From an uncultured Bacilli bacterium (lineage in GTDB: Bacteria; Bacillota_I; Bacilli_A; RFN20; CAG-631): 64,000 nucleotides of DNA. The DNA is taken from NCBI GenBank assembly GCA_947599835.1, contig CANQFQ010000005.1, positions 1 to 64,000 of the forward strand, written 5' to 3'. Positions 38,839-49,137 of the stretch are shown in pieces (the stretch's first letter is position 1; every line of letters begins with the position of its first letter). The notes beneath the pieces were generated by a model that saw only the letters and a list, made by a program, of their open reading frames with translations, did not search any database and was not told where the DNA came from. The position numbers and the translations under genes are program-made.

Positions 38839-39761
38839 TAGAAGCTCACATCCTCATATTTTTTATTAAGTAAATAACGGACCAAAACAATAATAGGCGC
38901 ACCAACTAATGAACAAAATAGACCTAAAGTGGCAGGTTCTTGCAAACCACTCCCCCTACTTTGTTGATAAATTTGTAACCCAATGGTCATGGTATTATAT
39001 CGTCCTTCAATAATAAACATCGGTTGCATAAAGACATTAAATACGGACATCATGCCTAAAACAAATAAAGTCGTAATCGTAGGCCAAGTTAATGGAACGA
39101 TAATTCTTAAAAATTCTTTCATTGGCTTTACTCCGTCCATTTTACAAGACTCTAAAATATCTCTAGGAATTCTTGCCATTCCGGAAGTAAGTAAAATAAC
39201 ATCGTAACCAATACCAGCCCATATACAAAAGATCCAAACCATCCATTGGGCATTATCCCCTACAAATAAATCCGCCGCATTGACTCCCATTTTTACGAGT
39301 AAGTTCCCTAAAAAGCCACTACTAGCATTTAAACTCATTTTATAAACGAAAGTTAAAACAACTAAAGGTAAAATACTTGGAATAAAGAAAATGACCTTAA
39401 AGAAACCATTCCATGCAATTTTTTTGAAAATAAAATAGGAAAAAAACATGGCAATAGGTAAAGTAATAAAACACGAAATAATAAAATAAGCGCCACTTGC
39501 CATAAACATTCTTTGATAGGATTCTAATTTTAAAGATGAAAGTAATGTTTGATAATTATAAAATAATTCATTAAATTTTAAAAATTGTAATTGATTTCTC
39601 ACCGGTGTTTTAAAAGTCAATAAAATGGAATTGATATTCACACCAAACCACATCAATAAAAAATGGGCGACGGGATAAAATAGCATAACGATAATAAAGA
39701 TCGTAGTCCCCTTGATAATTCTCTTTTTTCGTTTTTCTTTTTTATCAATTGTTTTTTCCAT
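38838..39761 (-). CDS. carbohydrate ABC transporter permease (MalF/UgpA-like)
   Basis: EAA loop 'CKMDGVKPMKEFLRIIVPLTWPT'. Start chosen at the internal ATG ('MEKTIDKK'), just downstream of the SBP stop, because the longer ORF would overlap the SBP gene. Confidence 0.75.
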   Translation of the reverse strand: MEKTIDKKEKRKKRIIKGTTIFIIVMLFYPVAHFLLMWFGVNINSILLTFKTPVRNQLQFLKFNELFYNYQTLLSSLKLESYQRMFMASGAYFIISCFITLPIAMFFSYFIFKKIAWNGFFKVIFFIPSILPLVVLTFVYKMSLNASSGFLGNLLVKMGVNAADLFVGDNAQWMVWIFCIWAGIGYDVILLTSGMARIPRDILESCKMDGVKPMKEFLRIIVPLTWPTITTLFVLGMMSVFNVFMQPMFIIEGRYNTMTIGLQIYQQSRGSGLQEPATLGLFCSLVGAPIIVLVRYLLNKKYEDVSF

Positions 39762-39766
39762 AACAA

Positions 39767-41203
39767 CTACCTGACTCCGGCTGTACGCATCCAAGTACTC
39801 CAACTATTTTTAGCTGTATTATAGATTTTTTGACTTAAGATTGCAGAGGTGTTTTCACTAGGTTTAGAACATGCAAGAGCATAATAGTAATTATTTTCAA
39901 TCCAAGGCATTAATTTGTTTACATTGAAATAACTCATAGGATTTTGACTTGCTAAATGGAAACATGTAGAATTCGATAATTTTTCATGAATGGATTTAAC
40001 ATAAGTATCGCTATTTTCAATGCTAGATAAATCGATATCACTATAATCAAAAGCAAGGAAAGGTCCTTCAGCCTTTTCAACGAAAGTTTTGCAAGCTTCT
40101 TCAGTAGCCATATAGGCTAAGAAATCTTTAGCAAGGTCTTTATTTGGTGTGTTTTCTGGAATAATCATAGAATCTCCAAAACCGACCATATAATTGAAAG
40201 GTTGACTTTCTGCTGTGGCTTTTGGTGTTGGCATCATTGCTACATCAAAATCTAATTTTCGATTGATTGCATTTTCAATTTCATGTTTGGCCCATTGACC
40301 ATAAGGAATCATTGCAGCTTCTTTATTTGCAAAGGCAGATTGTGCAATTAATAAATTGTTTCCATAAGCATTTTCAATGGAATAATCTCTATTTTGAGCA
40401 ATTAAATCATACCACATATCATAAGCTGTCCAGAAATCTTTATAAACTCCATTTGGATTATAAACTTCATAACCTGTAGCAATTTTACCATCATCAGGAT
40501 TGACAAAAGCTCTGAATTTATCGATGGTTTCTTGACCTGCAAGTTGTGCCCACCATTCAAATACTAAATAATCCCAATAATATTGTCTATCATCACCGGC
40601 CCAAGCAAAAGGCACTACCGTTTTTCGATTACCGGCATCTATTTTTGCATTTTTAATGGTTTCACATAAAGTTTTTAATTCATCATAAGTTGTTGGCACT
40701 TGCCAACCATTTTCTTCAAACATATCTATATTATAAACGATGCCACCCGCACCTTGCGTATAACATACTTTATAATAATGCATGTCTCCATTTTCATCTT
40801 CAGCTTTAGACATTTCTTCTGCTGCAGGAACTAAACGATCTTTGAATTTTACGCCATCAACATCTTTTTCATAAAGATCGTCCAAATTAGCCAATAATCC
40901 TTGAGCAGCAAAGTTTTGCCAGTTGATATCTTGTGACATATAGATATCATAATCACTCACATTTGTTAATTGATCTTCGATACGATCTAATAAACTCGTA
41001 TCTGCCGTCCATTGAACAGATATTCCTGTTTTTTGTTCGTAATCTTCAGCTAAAGTTTTAATCCAATCGGTACCATAGCCACCATCAAAAACACAAATAA
41101 GAAGTTCATTTTCGTTTCGTCTAACTTTCTTTTTGCCACAACCTGTTAAGCTTAACGCACTTAAACAAGCTACCGTTGCTAATAAATATTTGTTTAGTTT
41201 CAT
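39767..41203 (-). CDS. extracellular solute-binding lipoprotein of the sugar ABC transporter
   Basis: Start at M8 'MKLNKYLLATVACLSALSLTGC' (lipobox) with GGAGGG 8 nt upstream. Family-1 SBP size (478 aa). Confidence 0.75.
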   Translation of the reverse strand: MKLNKYLLATVACLSALSLTGCGKKKVRRNENELLICVFDGGYGTDWIKTLAEDYEQKTGISVQWTADTSLLDRIEDQLTNVSDYDIYMSQDINWQNFAAQGLLANLDDLYEKDVDGVKFKDRLVPAAEEMSKAEDENGDMHYYKVCYTQGAGGIVYNIDMFEENGWQVPTTYDELKTLCETIKNAKIDAGNRKTVVPFAWAGDDRQYYWDYLVFEWWAQLAGQETIDKFRAFVNPDDGKIATGYEVYNPNGVYKDFWTAYDMWYDLIAQNRDYSIENAYGNNLLIAQSAFANKEAAMIPYGQWAKHEIENAINRKLDFDVAMMPTPKATAESQPFNYMVGFGDSMIIPENTPNKDLAKDFLAYMATEEACKTFVEKAEGPFLAFDYSDIDLSSIENSDTYVKSIHEKLSNSTCFHLASQNPMSYFNVNKLMPWIENNYYYALACSKPSENTSAILSQKIYNTAKNSWSTWMRTAGVR

Positions 41204-41223
41204 ATCTATCCCTCCAATTTTCA

Positions 41224-41262
41224 AGTTTTAAAAAAGGCTCTTTGATTTGGCAAAGAGCCTTT
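41224..41262 (-). terminator. rho-independent terminator after the 820-aa lipoprotein gene
   Basis: 12-bp perfect stem aaaggctctttg/caaagagccttt with a 6-nt loop, and a T-run on the minus strand. Confidence 0.55.
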
Positions 41263-41276
41263 AACAATTGTCTTAA

Positions 41277-43718
41277 TTATGCAGCTTCGTCGCCATTAAT
41301 TAATTCTACTTGATCAGCATAAGGAGCAGGGTTGATTGTGCTTCCAGAAGCTGTAGCATTATGATAAGTTACAGTAACATTTTCGATTGTTGCACCCGCA
41401 CCTGCTTGAACTGCAAAGTAATTTGTACAAGCTTTTCCAGTTACAAATGTAACATCAGCTTCACAATCTCTAATAGTTCCATTTCCTGCTTGAGCAAAAG
41501 GAGCATTAGGAGTTCCACCTAAAGCGGTATCAATGCTAATTTTTAATGTTACATCATGAATTAAACCATTATTGCTATAACATAAATAAGCAAAACCTGC
41601 GGTACCTGTATAGGTTCCTTCAAGTGTTAAATCAAATACACTTCCACTTGTACCAATAATATTAAATAAAGTGCTTTTAATGGTTAAATTATATAATCTG
41701 TGACCAGCGCCATCAAACTTAGCAGAAAATTCACCAGCCATGCAGATATCGTGAACATCCCAACCTGCACAATCGATATCCGCACTTAAATAAGCATCTT
41801 TACCTGAATTTGCACCTGTACCATCGAAAAAGGCTTTTAAATCATCAAGATTTTTAATTTCTTGACCGGTATGTTCAGGAGCATCTTCGGATTGAACTGT
41901 AATTGCAAATGGAGCAGAGGTATATTCTTGACCTTCATAAGTCATTGTACAAGTAATGTTTGTAGTGCCTTCTTCTGCGCCAGTAACTGTGGCAACGGCA
42001 CCTTCATTACTAATATTTACTTTTCCTTGTTCACTAGAAGCAAAGGAATAAGTCACTGCTTTACTTGAATCAACAAATGTTGGAACAGCAGTTAAAGTAA
42101 TTGATTGTCCTACTTTAACAGAAGCTGTTTCACCCGTAATTTCAACGGATGGTGACATGGTAACAAAGTTATCACCATCATGAGCTAATTTAGGTAATTG
42201 ATGATCTGCTAATGTCCAAACTGTAGAATCTAAAGTATAATCAGAAGCTAATTTTGTTGTATAATCCCATGCATTGTGGAATTCTTCGACTTCAATTGTA
42301 GAACACCATGCTTGTCCTGGATCTGGATCAAATGGTTTTGATAAATCGTTTGAACCATCCACAATACCATTGGTGTAAACATTGTACATAAAGCCACGAC
42401 CTTCTTCTGGATTTTGTTTATTATTTAATCCATAAGGAGCCGTTGTAATTGTACGATCATTTCTATCGCCATCAGGATTTTCCATTAAAACACTATCCAT
42501 GATAAGACCTTTAGCAAGTGCTGCGATCGTACCATTTCTTTGCCATGTCCAATCTGAAGGAATCGTTGGTGTAATATCTTTCGTAATCACAATAACATCT
42601 TGAACTACTGAATGCGCTAATAATTCTTTAGCTAAAACGCCAGAAAAACCAATAGCTGAATCAATATTTCCTTCTAAACGAATATTTCTTAAAATACCAT
42701 CAAATGTTAAGAAGAAACCACCATCTTGTTCAGAATTTGAAGCAGTTTTAGGTTTTTGCGTAAATCCTTTAATGGTATATCCATTACCATCAATGGTACC
42801 TGTAAATGCATCTCCTTCTTTTCCACCTTCATTTACATAACCTGTTAAATCGAGGTTAGCGCCTAATAAATATTTACCACTATCACCCGTATCTTTTTCA
42901 ACGAGATCGATAAATTGTTTAGGTGTAGTAATGACTGTGTAATCCGCATCTTTTCTAGTGATAGGGAAATTGAAAACTTGAGTGTATTCTTTATCACCAG
43001 CCACATTTACTTTGATTTCTAAGCGATCACGGCCAGCACCTACTGGAACATAACCTTTTATAAATTTATTACTTTGTAAAGCTGTAGCAGCATCTACAAT
43101 GGTATGCATAGCATTATTTAAAGGCCATGTAATTGTAACATCATTTTCTGTTTTTCCACTTGGAAGATTTTCAAGACTTACTTTAATAGAATAAGCACCA
43201 GAGCCTTCTTCCAGTGTATTTACAGGAGTTTCAGCTGTTTCAAAATCTAAAATCGCAACATTAATTTCTAAACTTTGATTTGCTACTACTGTAATTGCAA
43301 TGGTTGCTTTCTTCGTTGCATCTTCTTTAGAAGTTGCAGTGATTGTTGCTTGACCAGCAGCAATTCCTCGAACTGTAGCCGTATTTCCTTCACCAGCAGT
43401 AACTGTAGCATATTCTTCATGATCAGAAGACCAATCCACACCTTGAGTTGAATTTTGTACCGTAGCTGTTAAAGTAATTGTACTATTAACATTAACATTT
43501 TGTTCACCACTAATTGCTACAGAAATTTCTTCTACTTGTGAACTTGAACTACTAGAAGAACTTGAGTTTGAACCATCAACGATAGAGGATGAACTTGATA
43601 ATGAAGAACTTCCAACTTTAGAAGAACTATTTTCTTTATTTGTGTCATCACAACTAGCGAGAGTTAAACCTACGAATAACGTAAACGCAAGAATGGAAAA
43701 AAACTTATTTTTTTTCAT
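41277..43718 (-). CDS. large surface lipoprotein with Big_2 Ig-like domains and a beta-helix-like core
   Basis: Start at ATG 43716-43718 (RBS AAGGGGGA). Lipobox 'LTLASC' and S-rich linker. Big_2-like segments 'ITLTATVQNS...ATVTAGEGNTATVRGIAAGQATITA' and 'ITLTAVPTFVD...ATVTGAEEGTTNITC'. Motif 'FTGTIDGNGYTIKGF'. Confidence 0.5.
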   Translation of the reverse strand: MKKNKFFSILAFTLFVGLTLASCDDTNKENSSSKVGSSSLSSSSSIVDGSNSSSSSSSSSQVEEISVAISGEQNVNVNSTITLTATVQNSTQGVDWSSDHEEYATVTAGEGNTATVRGIAAGQATITATSKEDATKKATIAITVVANQSLEINVAILDFETAETPVNTLEEGSGAYSIKVSLENLPSGKTENDVTITWPLNNAMHTIVDAATALQSNKFIKGYVPVGAGRDRLEIKVNVAGDKEYTQVFNFPITRKDADYTVITTPKQFIDLVEKDTGDSGKYLLGANLDLTGYVNEGGKEGDAFTGTIDGNGYTIKGFTQKPKTASNSEQDGGFFLTFDGILRNIRLEGNIDSAIGFSGVLAKELLAHSVVQDVIVITKDITPTIPSDWTWQRNGTIAALAKGLIMDSVLMENPDGDRNDRTITTAPYGLNNKQNPEEGRGFMYNVYTNGIVDGSNDLSKPFDPDPGQAWCSTIEVEEFHNAWDYTTKLASDYTLDSTVWTLADHQLPKLAHDGDNFVTMSPSVEITGETASVKVGQSITLTAVPTFVDSSKAVTYSFASSEQGKVNISNEGAVATVTGAEEGTTNITCTMTYEGQEYTSAPFAITVQSEDAPEHTGQEIKNLDDLKAFFDGTGANSGKDAYLSADIDCAGWDVHDICMAGEFSAKFDGAGHRLYNLTIKSTLFNIIGTSGSVFDLTLEGTYTGTAGFAYLCYSNNGLIHDVTLKISIDTALGGTPNAPFAQAGNGTIRDCEADVTFVTGKACTNYFAVQAGAGATIENVTVTYHNATASGSTINPAPYADQVELINGDEAA

Positions 43719-43923
43719 AATTGTATTTCCCCCTTTCAATAATACAAAGCGAAAAAATTTAAGAAATCGGTTTCCTTATTCGCAATTCCATTATATACCC
43801 CCCCCGATTTTTTTGTCAACAAGAATGTGAAAGCGGTTACATTTTCTGAATAAATTATTGAAAACTATTAAAAGATATGCTAAATTGATTTTAGGAAAGC
43901 GATTTCCTAAAGGAGAAATTAAG

Positions 43924-45390
43924 ATGAAAACGAATAAAATTCTTTTTTCCATGTTAGCTATAAGTGTTTGTTTTGTTAGTGTGGGCTGTGGCAATAAGAA
44001 AAATTCTCATTCCTCATCCACCTCATCCAATAAACCCATAGACATAGAACACTATTATGAAACAGTTGAAGATAGAGCATTATATGACAATGAAAACCCA
44101 AACAATTTTGTGCAAACGTTTGATAATGGCCTAGATGATAATCTTTTTTATGCTCTGGAAGGTGCATGGCATAACACTACTTTAGGAGCAGAACATGGGG
44201 GCATGAAACATCGAAACTTATTTTATGCCCAAGATGATGAAGATACTTATCTTGCAATCAAAGCTCGGGGGTATTATTCTAAAGAAGATCCAACTACCAT
44301 CGGTCTTCCTGAAGGCGGTTGCATCATCACTAAAAATCATTTGGGTCCAGGTCGATATGAAATTGAAATGGCAGCCATGCCTCGTGAAGGCGGCGTAAGT
44401 ACCATGTGGACCTATTGTACGTTGACTGGTAGTGAAGAAACAAGTCAAAATGAAATCGATATTGAAATTGGTGGCACTACCAATGGAACGAATTTTGAAA
44501 ATATATGGTATACTACTTGGACCAAGAAAACGGTCAAAGATACTGACACAGTCGATGTCACTAATGATCTTTACTTAAATGATGGTAGAATTCATAAATA
44601 TACTTTTGACTGGTATACGGATTATAATTCACAAGGAATTAAAAGAGTTGATTGGTTTATTGATGGTAAATTTTATAAATCTTTAGAAGGCAATGTCGTT
44701 CCTGAACATGAAATGCCTTTATGGATCGGTGTTTGGTTTCCACCTTTATGGGCGGGAAATGCTGCATTTGAAGAAGACTATCTTTTAATTAAATCGATTT
44801 CTTATAAGGCTTTTGATCCAATAAGTCAATTCTATGAAACATGTAGAACACAACCTGGTTATTCAAAAGTTGCTCCATCTAGTTTAAATATTCAAACCAT
44901 CGATCTAGCTACCGTTAGAAATGTCAATAAACTTTCTAATGGTGGTATGGAAAGTTTAGATGTTTCCAGCCGCAATGGTTCTTATTTTGGTTGGAGTGTT
45001 CATAGTGCATCAAAAGGTAGTATCGAACTTACACAAGGAAATCAAAGTGAACATGGATTTTTATTAAAAGCTGCAACGGATAGTAGTGACCGATATCATG
45101 GTGAATATTTAGTTCAAACTTTAACCAATGCCTTTCATGGTTATCACTATAATTTTTCTATCGATGCGAAAAAAATGACTGCAGATACCGATGCAGCCAT
45201 TGAAATACAATATCTAGATGCGAGTGGACGTTATTTTGATAAAATGGTCATTCCAGTTGATTCACTCGAATATAAGACTTATACTCAAAGTTTAATCTGT
45301 CCTGAAAATACCACAAAAATAGAAATCACTTTAGCCGTTGAAGATGGTAGTGCTAGTTATGATAACGCTTCGCTTATTTATGTTCTTTAA
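43924..45390 (+). CDS. GH16-family lipoprotein with additional C-terminal (CBM-like) domain
   Basis: Start at ATG 43924 with AAGGAG 7 nt upstream. Lipobox 'VSVGC'. GH16-type 'EIDIEIGG' catalytic motif and a ~170-aa C-terminal beta-rich extension. Confidence 0.5.
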   Translation: MKTNKILFSMLAISVCFVSVGCGNKKNSHSSSTSSNKPIDIEHYYETVEDRALYDNENPNNFVQTFDNGLDDNLFYALEGAWHNTTLGAEHGGMKHRNLFYAQDDEDTYLAIKARGYYSKEDPTTIGLPEGGCIITKNHLGPGRYEIEMAAMPREGGVSTMWTYCTLTGSEETSQNEIDIEIGGTTNGTNFENIWYTTWTKKTVKDTDTVDVTNDLYLNDGRIHKYTFDWYTDYNSQGIKRVDWFIDGKFYKSLEGNVVPEHEMPLWIGVWFPPLWAGNAAFEEDYLLIKSISYKAFDPISQFYETCRTQPGYSKVAPSSLNIQTIDLATVRNVNKLSNGGMESLDVSSRNGSYFGWSVHSASKGSIELTQGNQSEHGFLLKAATDSSDRYHGEYLVQTLTNAFHGYHYNFSIDAKKMTADTDAAIEIQYLDASGRYFDKMVIPVDSLEYKTYTQSLICPENTTKIEITLAVEDGSASYDNASLIYVL

Positions 45391-46387
45391 GCGGTGCTGT
45401 TGATGTTCCAATTACAATCGATCCCGGAACAATAATTTGTTCCTCGATCGATTTTTTATTTTTCATTTCTAATAAAAGTTGTTTTGCAAGTAAGGTACCA
45501 ATTTTTTTGATATCTTGTTTTGCAGTCGTTAATCTAGGAAAATAAATTTGTCCAACTTCAATACCATCAAATCCAGTAACGGAAATATCTTTAGGACAAT
45601 CTAAGCCGGCTTTTCTTATTGTATCAATTCCTCGCATAGCACTATAATCATCAGGATACATAATTACCGTTGGCTTATTTTTTCTTTTTAAAAGTTCATT
45701 CGTAAGGAGTTCAATGTCTTCTAAATCAACATATCTAGATTGAATAATAGCATTTTCGTAAGCAAGGCCATGTTTTTGTAACGTATCTTTAAATCCTTGA
45801 ATTCGTTGGGCGGTAATATCACTATTTTCACCTGCAATATACACAATATTTTTATGTCCCAAAGAAATAACATGTTCCGTTAATTGAGCCATTAATTCAT
45901 AGTTATTTGAAGATACACCACCCATTAATTCGCCAACATAATCGAATCCTACGCCAGGAATTTTACTACGGATGACTTCGACCATTTCTTTGTTTTTCAT
46001 ATCGCCAAGCATTAAGACACCATCAATGTGTCTAGAAATACAATTTTTATAAAAAGTTTCTGTGTTTCCTGCTACCATTCTAGAAACGAATAAAAGTTCA
46101 TATTTATTTTTATTCATTTCTATTTGAAAAGCATTTAATATTTCCATGAAAAATGGATGTGTAAATGGCGTAATAGAATCTCTAAAATAAGCTAAGATCC
46201 CCACATTATTGGATACGCCTTTAGATAAATATTTTGCACTATTATTTGGAATATAATCTAATTCTTTCATTGCATTCATGACTTTTTGTTTCGTATTCAC
46301 TGAAATCGTTTCATAATTGTTGATAACTTTAGACACCGTTGCAGGAGATACCTTACAATGTTTAGCAATATCGTAGATAGTAATCAT
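45374..46387 (-). CDS. LacI-family transcriptional regulator
   Basis: N-terminal HTH 'ITIYDIAKHCKVSPATVSKVINN' and a periplasmic-binding-protein-like sugar-binding domain. Confidence 0.8.
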   Translation of the reverse strand: MITIYDIAKHCKVSPATVSKVINNYETISVNTKQKVMNAMKELDYIPNNSAKYLSKGVSNNVGILAYFRDSITPFTHPFFMEILNAFQIEMNKNKYELLFVSRMVAGNTETFYKNCISRHIDGVLMLGDMKNKEMVEVIRSKIPGVGFDYVGELMGGVSSNNYELMAQLTEHVISLGHKNIVYIAGENSDITAQRIQGFKDTLQKHGLAYENAIIQSRYVDLEDIELLTNELLKRKNKPTVIMYPDDYSAMRGIDTIRKAGLDCPKDISVTGFDGIEVGQIYFPRLTTAKQDIKKIGTLLAKQLLLEMKNKKSIEEQIIVPGSIVIGTSTAPLKEHK

Positions 46388-46400
46388 AAAACTTCCCCCT

Positions 46401-47720
46401 TTAGATGTTTATCACCATGGTGGAAATCGAACATGGCTTTAAACAAATTTGAATGTTTTGCGATTCAATCTCTATATTTATATTACGTTTCTTATCAGCC
46501 AAATTCAAATAAATTATTACAATCGAATGATCTGGATTTATAAATCCAGAAATTAAAAAATTTTTTCTTCGATGCTGAATTTTAATATTTTTCGCTCCTT
46601 TTTTAATAAAATGAGCAAAATGATAAATAATGTAATAAGAAGCATTAAAAATCAGTTGTTGCTTATCTTGGTGATATAAAATGGGGGCTTCACAATAATT
46701 TCCTACATGATTAGGGCCTCCATTTTTATCGAGTAAAACGTTCCAATCGATAAATCCATTAGAATAATTATTGCAATCATTTAAGTAGTTAATGGCATAA
46801 ACGAGTCCATTTTTAAATTTACCAATTTGACGGGTTGGATCTTTGCTATCAAGTACTAATAATTCAATGCAACCCTCACTAAAAAGAAGATTTTTTTCAG
46901 CAAATCGATGCTTTACTTTGCTTAATTCCTTAAATTGATCACGATCATAAAAATGATAAGCAATACCCTCCACAATTTTTCTAACTTTTTGATTTTTAAA
47001 GCAGGCTATTGCTCTTTTTAAAATCGTATCTCGATTATGATCAAAAAGATATAATTTTACATCATTTATCCGATAATTTTTAAATTCTTCATACACTTTT
47101 AAAAGTAATTTATTTTCTTGTTCTGGACTATATAAACAACTTTCCCAAATTTGATTGGCTTCAGGTTCATTTTGCATCGTCAAATATTGAATGAGATAGC
47201 CTCGTTTTTTCATCATTAAAACATAATTTACTAAATAGTCAGCATATTTTTGATAACAATCTTCTTTTAAATGACCTCCATGATAGTAGTCATTATTGTC
47301 TTTATATTGTTTTGGTGGTGTCCAAGGAGAAGCCATAAGTTTTAATTTTTTATATTGATAAATATCATCCAAAAAAGGAAATAATAGGGTTTCTTCCATG
47401 GCATAATTAAAACTACCATCCTCGTTTAGATAATCATAACTTGAAACAGAAAAATCGGAAGAACCAATACATACTCGGCCCAAATTATAATTTAATCCTT
47501 GTTTGGAATAGACCGCTTTTAAAAATTTTTGTTTATTTTCTTTACTCATTTGATGGTAAACATAAGCAGAAGCCGGTGTTAAAGCGCCGCCAAAGCCAAA
47601 CATCATCTGTCTTTGCTCCTTAAGATTAACTTTTAGACTAGTTTTCTTATGTATACCATATTTATAAGTTAAAGGTGCAAGCTTATGATCTTTATCACTA
47701 TAAATCAATTTAATTTTCAT
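46401..47720 (-). CDS. GH30-family glycosidase (beta-1,6-glucanase/glucosylceramidase-like), cytoplasmic
   Basis: 'MFGFGGALTPASA...GRVCIGSSDFS' N-terminal block and the 'LTMQNEPE' catalytic acid/base block typical of GH30. Confidence 0.6.
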   Translation of the reverse strand: MKIKLIYSDKDHKLAPLTYKYGIHKKTSLKVNLKEQRQMMFGFGGALTPASAYVYHQMSKENKQKFLKAVYSKQGLNYNLGRVCIGSSDFSVSSYDYLNEDGSFNYAMEETLLFPFLDDIYQYKKLKLMASPWTPPKQYKDNNDYYHGGHLKEDCYQKYADYLVNYVLMMKKRGYLIQYLTMQNEPEANQIWESCLYSPEQENKLLLKVYEEFKNYRINDVKLYLFDHNRDTILKRAIACFKNQKVRKIVEGIAYHFYDRDQFKELSKVKHRFAEKNLLFSEGCIELLVLDSKDPTRQIGKFKNGLVYAINYLNDCNNYSNGFIDWNVLLDKNGGPNHVGNYCEAPILYHQDKQQLIFNASYYIIYHFAHFIKKGAKNIKIQHRRKNFLISGFINPDHSIVIIYLNLADKKRNINIEIESQNIQICLKPCSISTMVINI

Positions 47721-48498
47721 CTTTTTTAAGTCCTTTCTTAATCAGGTCTGGATATTGTCTTGCATTAATCGTATGATCAAATAGTTCATGAGAAATCAAA
47801 GTAAAACAGATAACAAACAAACCAAATAAAAGAAAAACAAGAAGGCAAAATGAAAACAAGAAAATGATTTCATTATTAAAAAACTCGATGAGTAAAAAAG
47901 GAAATAAAAGCAATAAACAAAGCAATGTTTTAAGTCCGTTTCCTAAGCAAAATTTTAACCCATTGGCCCATAAGTGAAAAAAGCGATCTTCATAAATCAT
48001 ACATTGAGTTAAAACATAAAAAATAGCGCCACTCATTAAAAGAAAGAAAGCATAACTAATGCCTAAAAAAACAAATTCTGTTTGATTAGAAAATACATTT
48101 GAAACACTAAAAAAATCGCCTAATAAATGAATCCCACCATAAATAAATCCTAAAATAAAGCCGCTCAAAACGGTCTTTTTTGCATTTTTAAACACACCTT
48201 CAAAAAAATCTCGACGAAGATTGCTACCTTCACTCCACACTAATTTCTTAGCAAAAAAGAAAGCGCCCCCTAAGCCAAGGAAAAACAGGATAAATGAAAT
48301 AATATTTAAAACGTATTTCACAAGTCCATTAAATAAATTGATTTCACTAAAAAAAGTACTTTCTGCAAAAAAAATCAAAACAATACGAATGAGAAAAAAC
48401 AATCCCATAAGTAAACTCAAAACCACAACATCTAAAAAACGATATTTCAAAATGTCTTTTAATAATTCTTTTCTTGTACTTGGTAGTTTAGTTTCCAT
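47710..48498 (-). CDS. polytopic membrane protein (YesL/DUF624-like)
   Basis: ~6 predicted TM helices in a sugar-utilisation operon. The family call is by analogy with Bacillus YesL. Confidence 0.35.
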   Translation of the reverse strand: METKLPSTRKELLKDILKYRFLDVVVLSLLMGLFFLIRIVLIFFAESTFFSEINLFNGLVKYVLNIISFILFFLGLGGAFFFAKKLVWSEGSNLRRDFFEGVFKNAKKTVLSGFILGFIYGGIHLLGDFFSVSNVFSNQTEFVFLGISYAFFLLMSGAIFYVLTQCMIYEDRFFHLWANGLKFCLGNGLKTLLCLLLLFPFLLIEFFNNEIIFLFSFCLLVFLLFGLFVICFTLISHELFDHTINARQYPDLIKKGLKKDEN

Positions 48499-48510
48499 AA
48501 AAATTACCTC

Positions 48511-49137
48511 TTAATTTAATAAAGCATTGATAACTTCATAACCAACACTCGTTTTTTTAGAAAAATGAACACTTTTATGATTGATTAAAAGATAATAATC
48601 TTCCTGATTTTGACTTGTAAAATTAAGTACTGTTGTTAATGTAATTTTTTGATTGTAGACGTCATCATTTTTTGAAAATACTTTTAAAGCATAATGATGA
48701 CTCTCATAAGAATAGTATTCATAATTTGCATAGGACGCATCTAATACATCATTTAAAATCATAAAATGATCCATAATTGTATCCTCCATTTCAAGTAAAT
48801 CTTTTTCTTTTAGGATAACAATATCACTTTCAACACCGAATCGACTATAATAACTAGCAATGTCTTTATCTTCTGGTGAATAGAGATAATATTGAAATGA
48901 AGGTACTTTTTTTTCATTTAACATTTGATCGATGGAATCAAAAGTTTCTTGATTTTTTACCCCGTAACACTCGGCAAAAATACTGAATTTTTCCTCTGGT
49001 TTATAGGCATTTATTGCATGCAACACCCAATAAAATGAAACAAAAGTGAAAAGAAAAATCAGTAAAATTAGCCACATCCGATATTGTAAAAAAGTTTTTA
49101 TTTTTTCTGTAGTTTTAGTCATCGCTGATTTCCCCAC
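48511..49137 (-). CDS. membrane-anchored hypothetical protein (208 aa)
   Basis: Single N-terminal TM 'MWLILLIFLFTFVSFYWVL' followed by a soluble domain. Confidence 0.35.
   Translation of the reverse strand: MGKSAMTKTTEKIKTFLQYRMWLILLIFLFTFVSFYWVLHAINAYKPEEKFSIFAECYGVKNQETFDSIDQMLNEKKVPSFQYYLYSPEDKDIASYYSRFGVESDIVILKEKDLLEMEDTIMDHFMILNDVLDASYANYEYYSYESHHYALKVFSKNDDVYNQKITLTTVLNFTSQNQEDYYLLINHKSVHFSKKTSVGYEVINALLN

Noticed and set aside
41204-41224. Longer N-terminus 'MKIGGID' for the solute-binding protein
   Set aside because: The internal ATG at 41201-41203 has a GGAGGG RBS at proper spacing and yields a canonical lipoprotein signal peptide. The longer form lacks an RBS.
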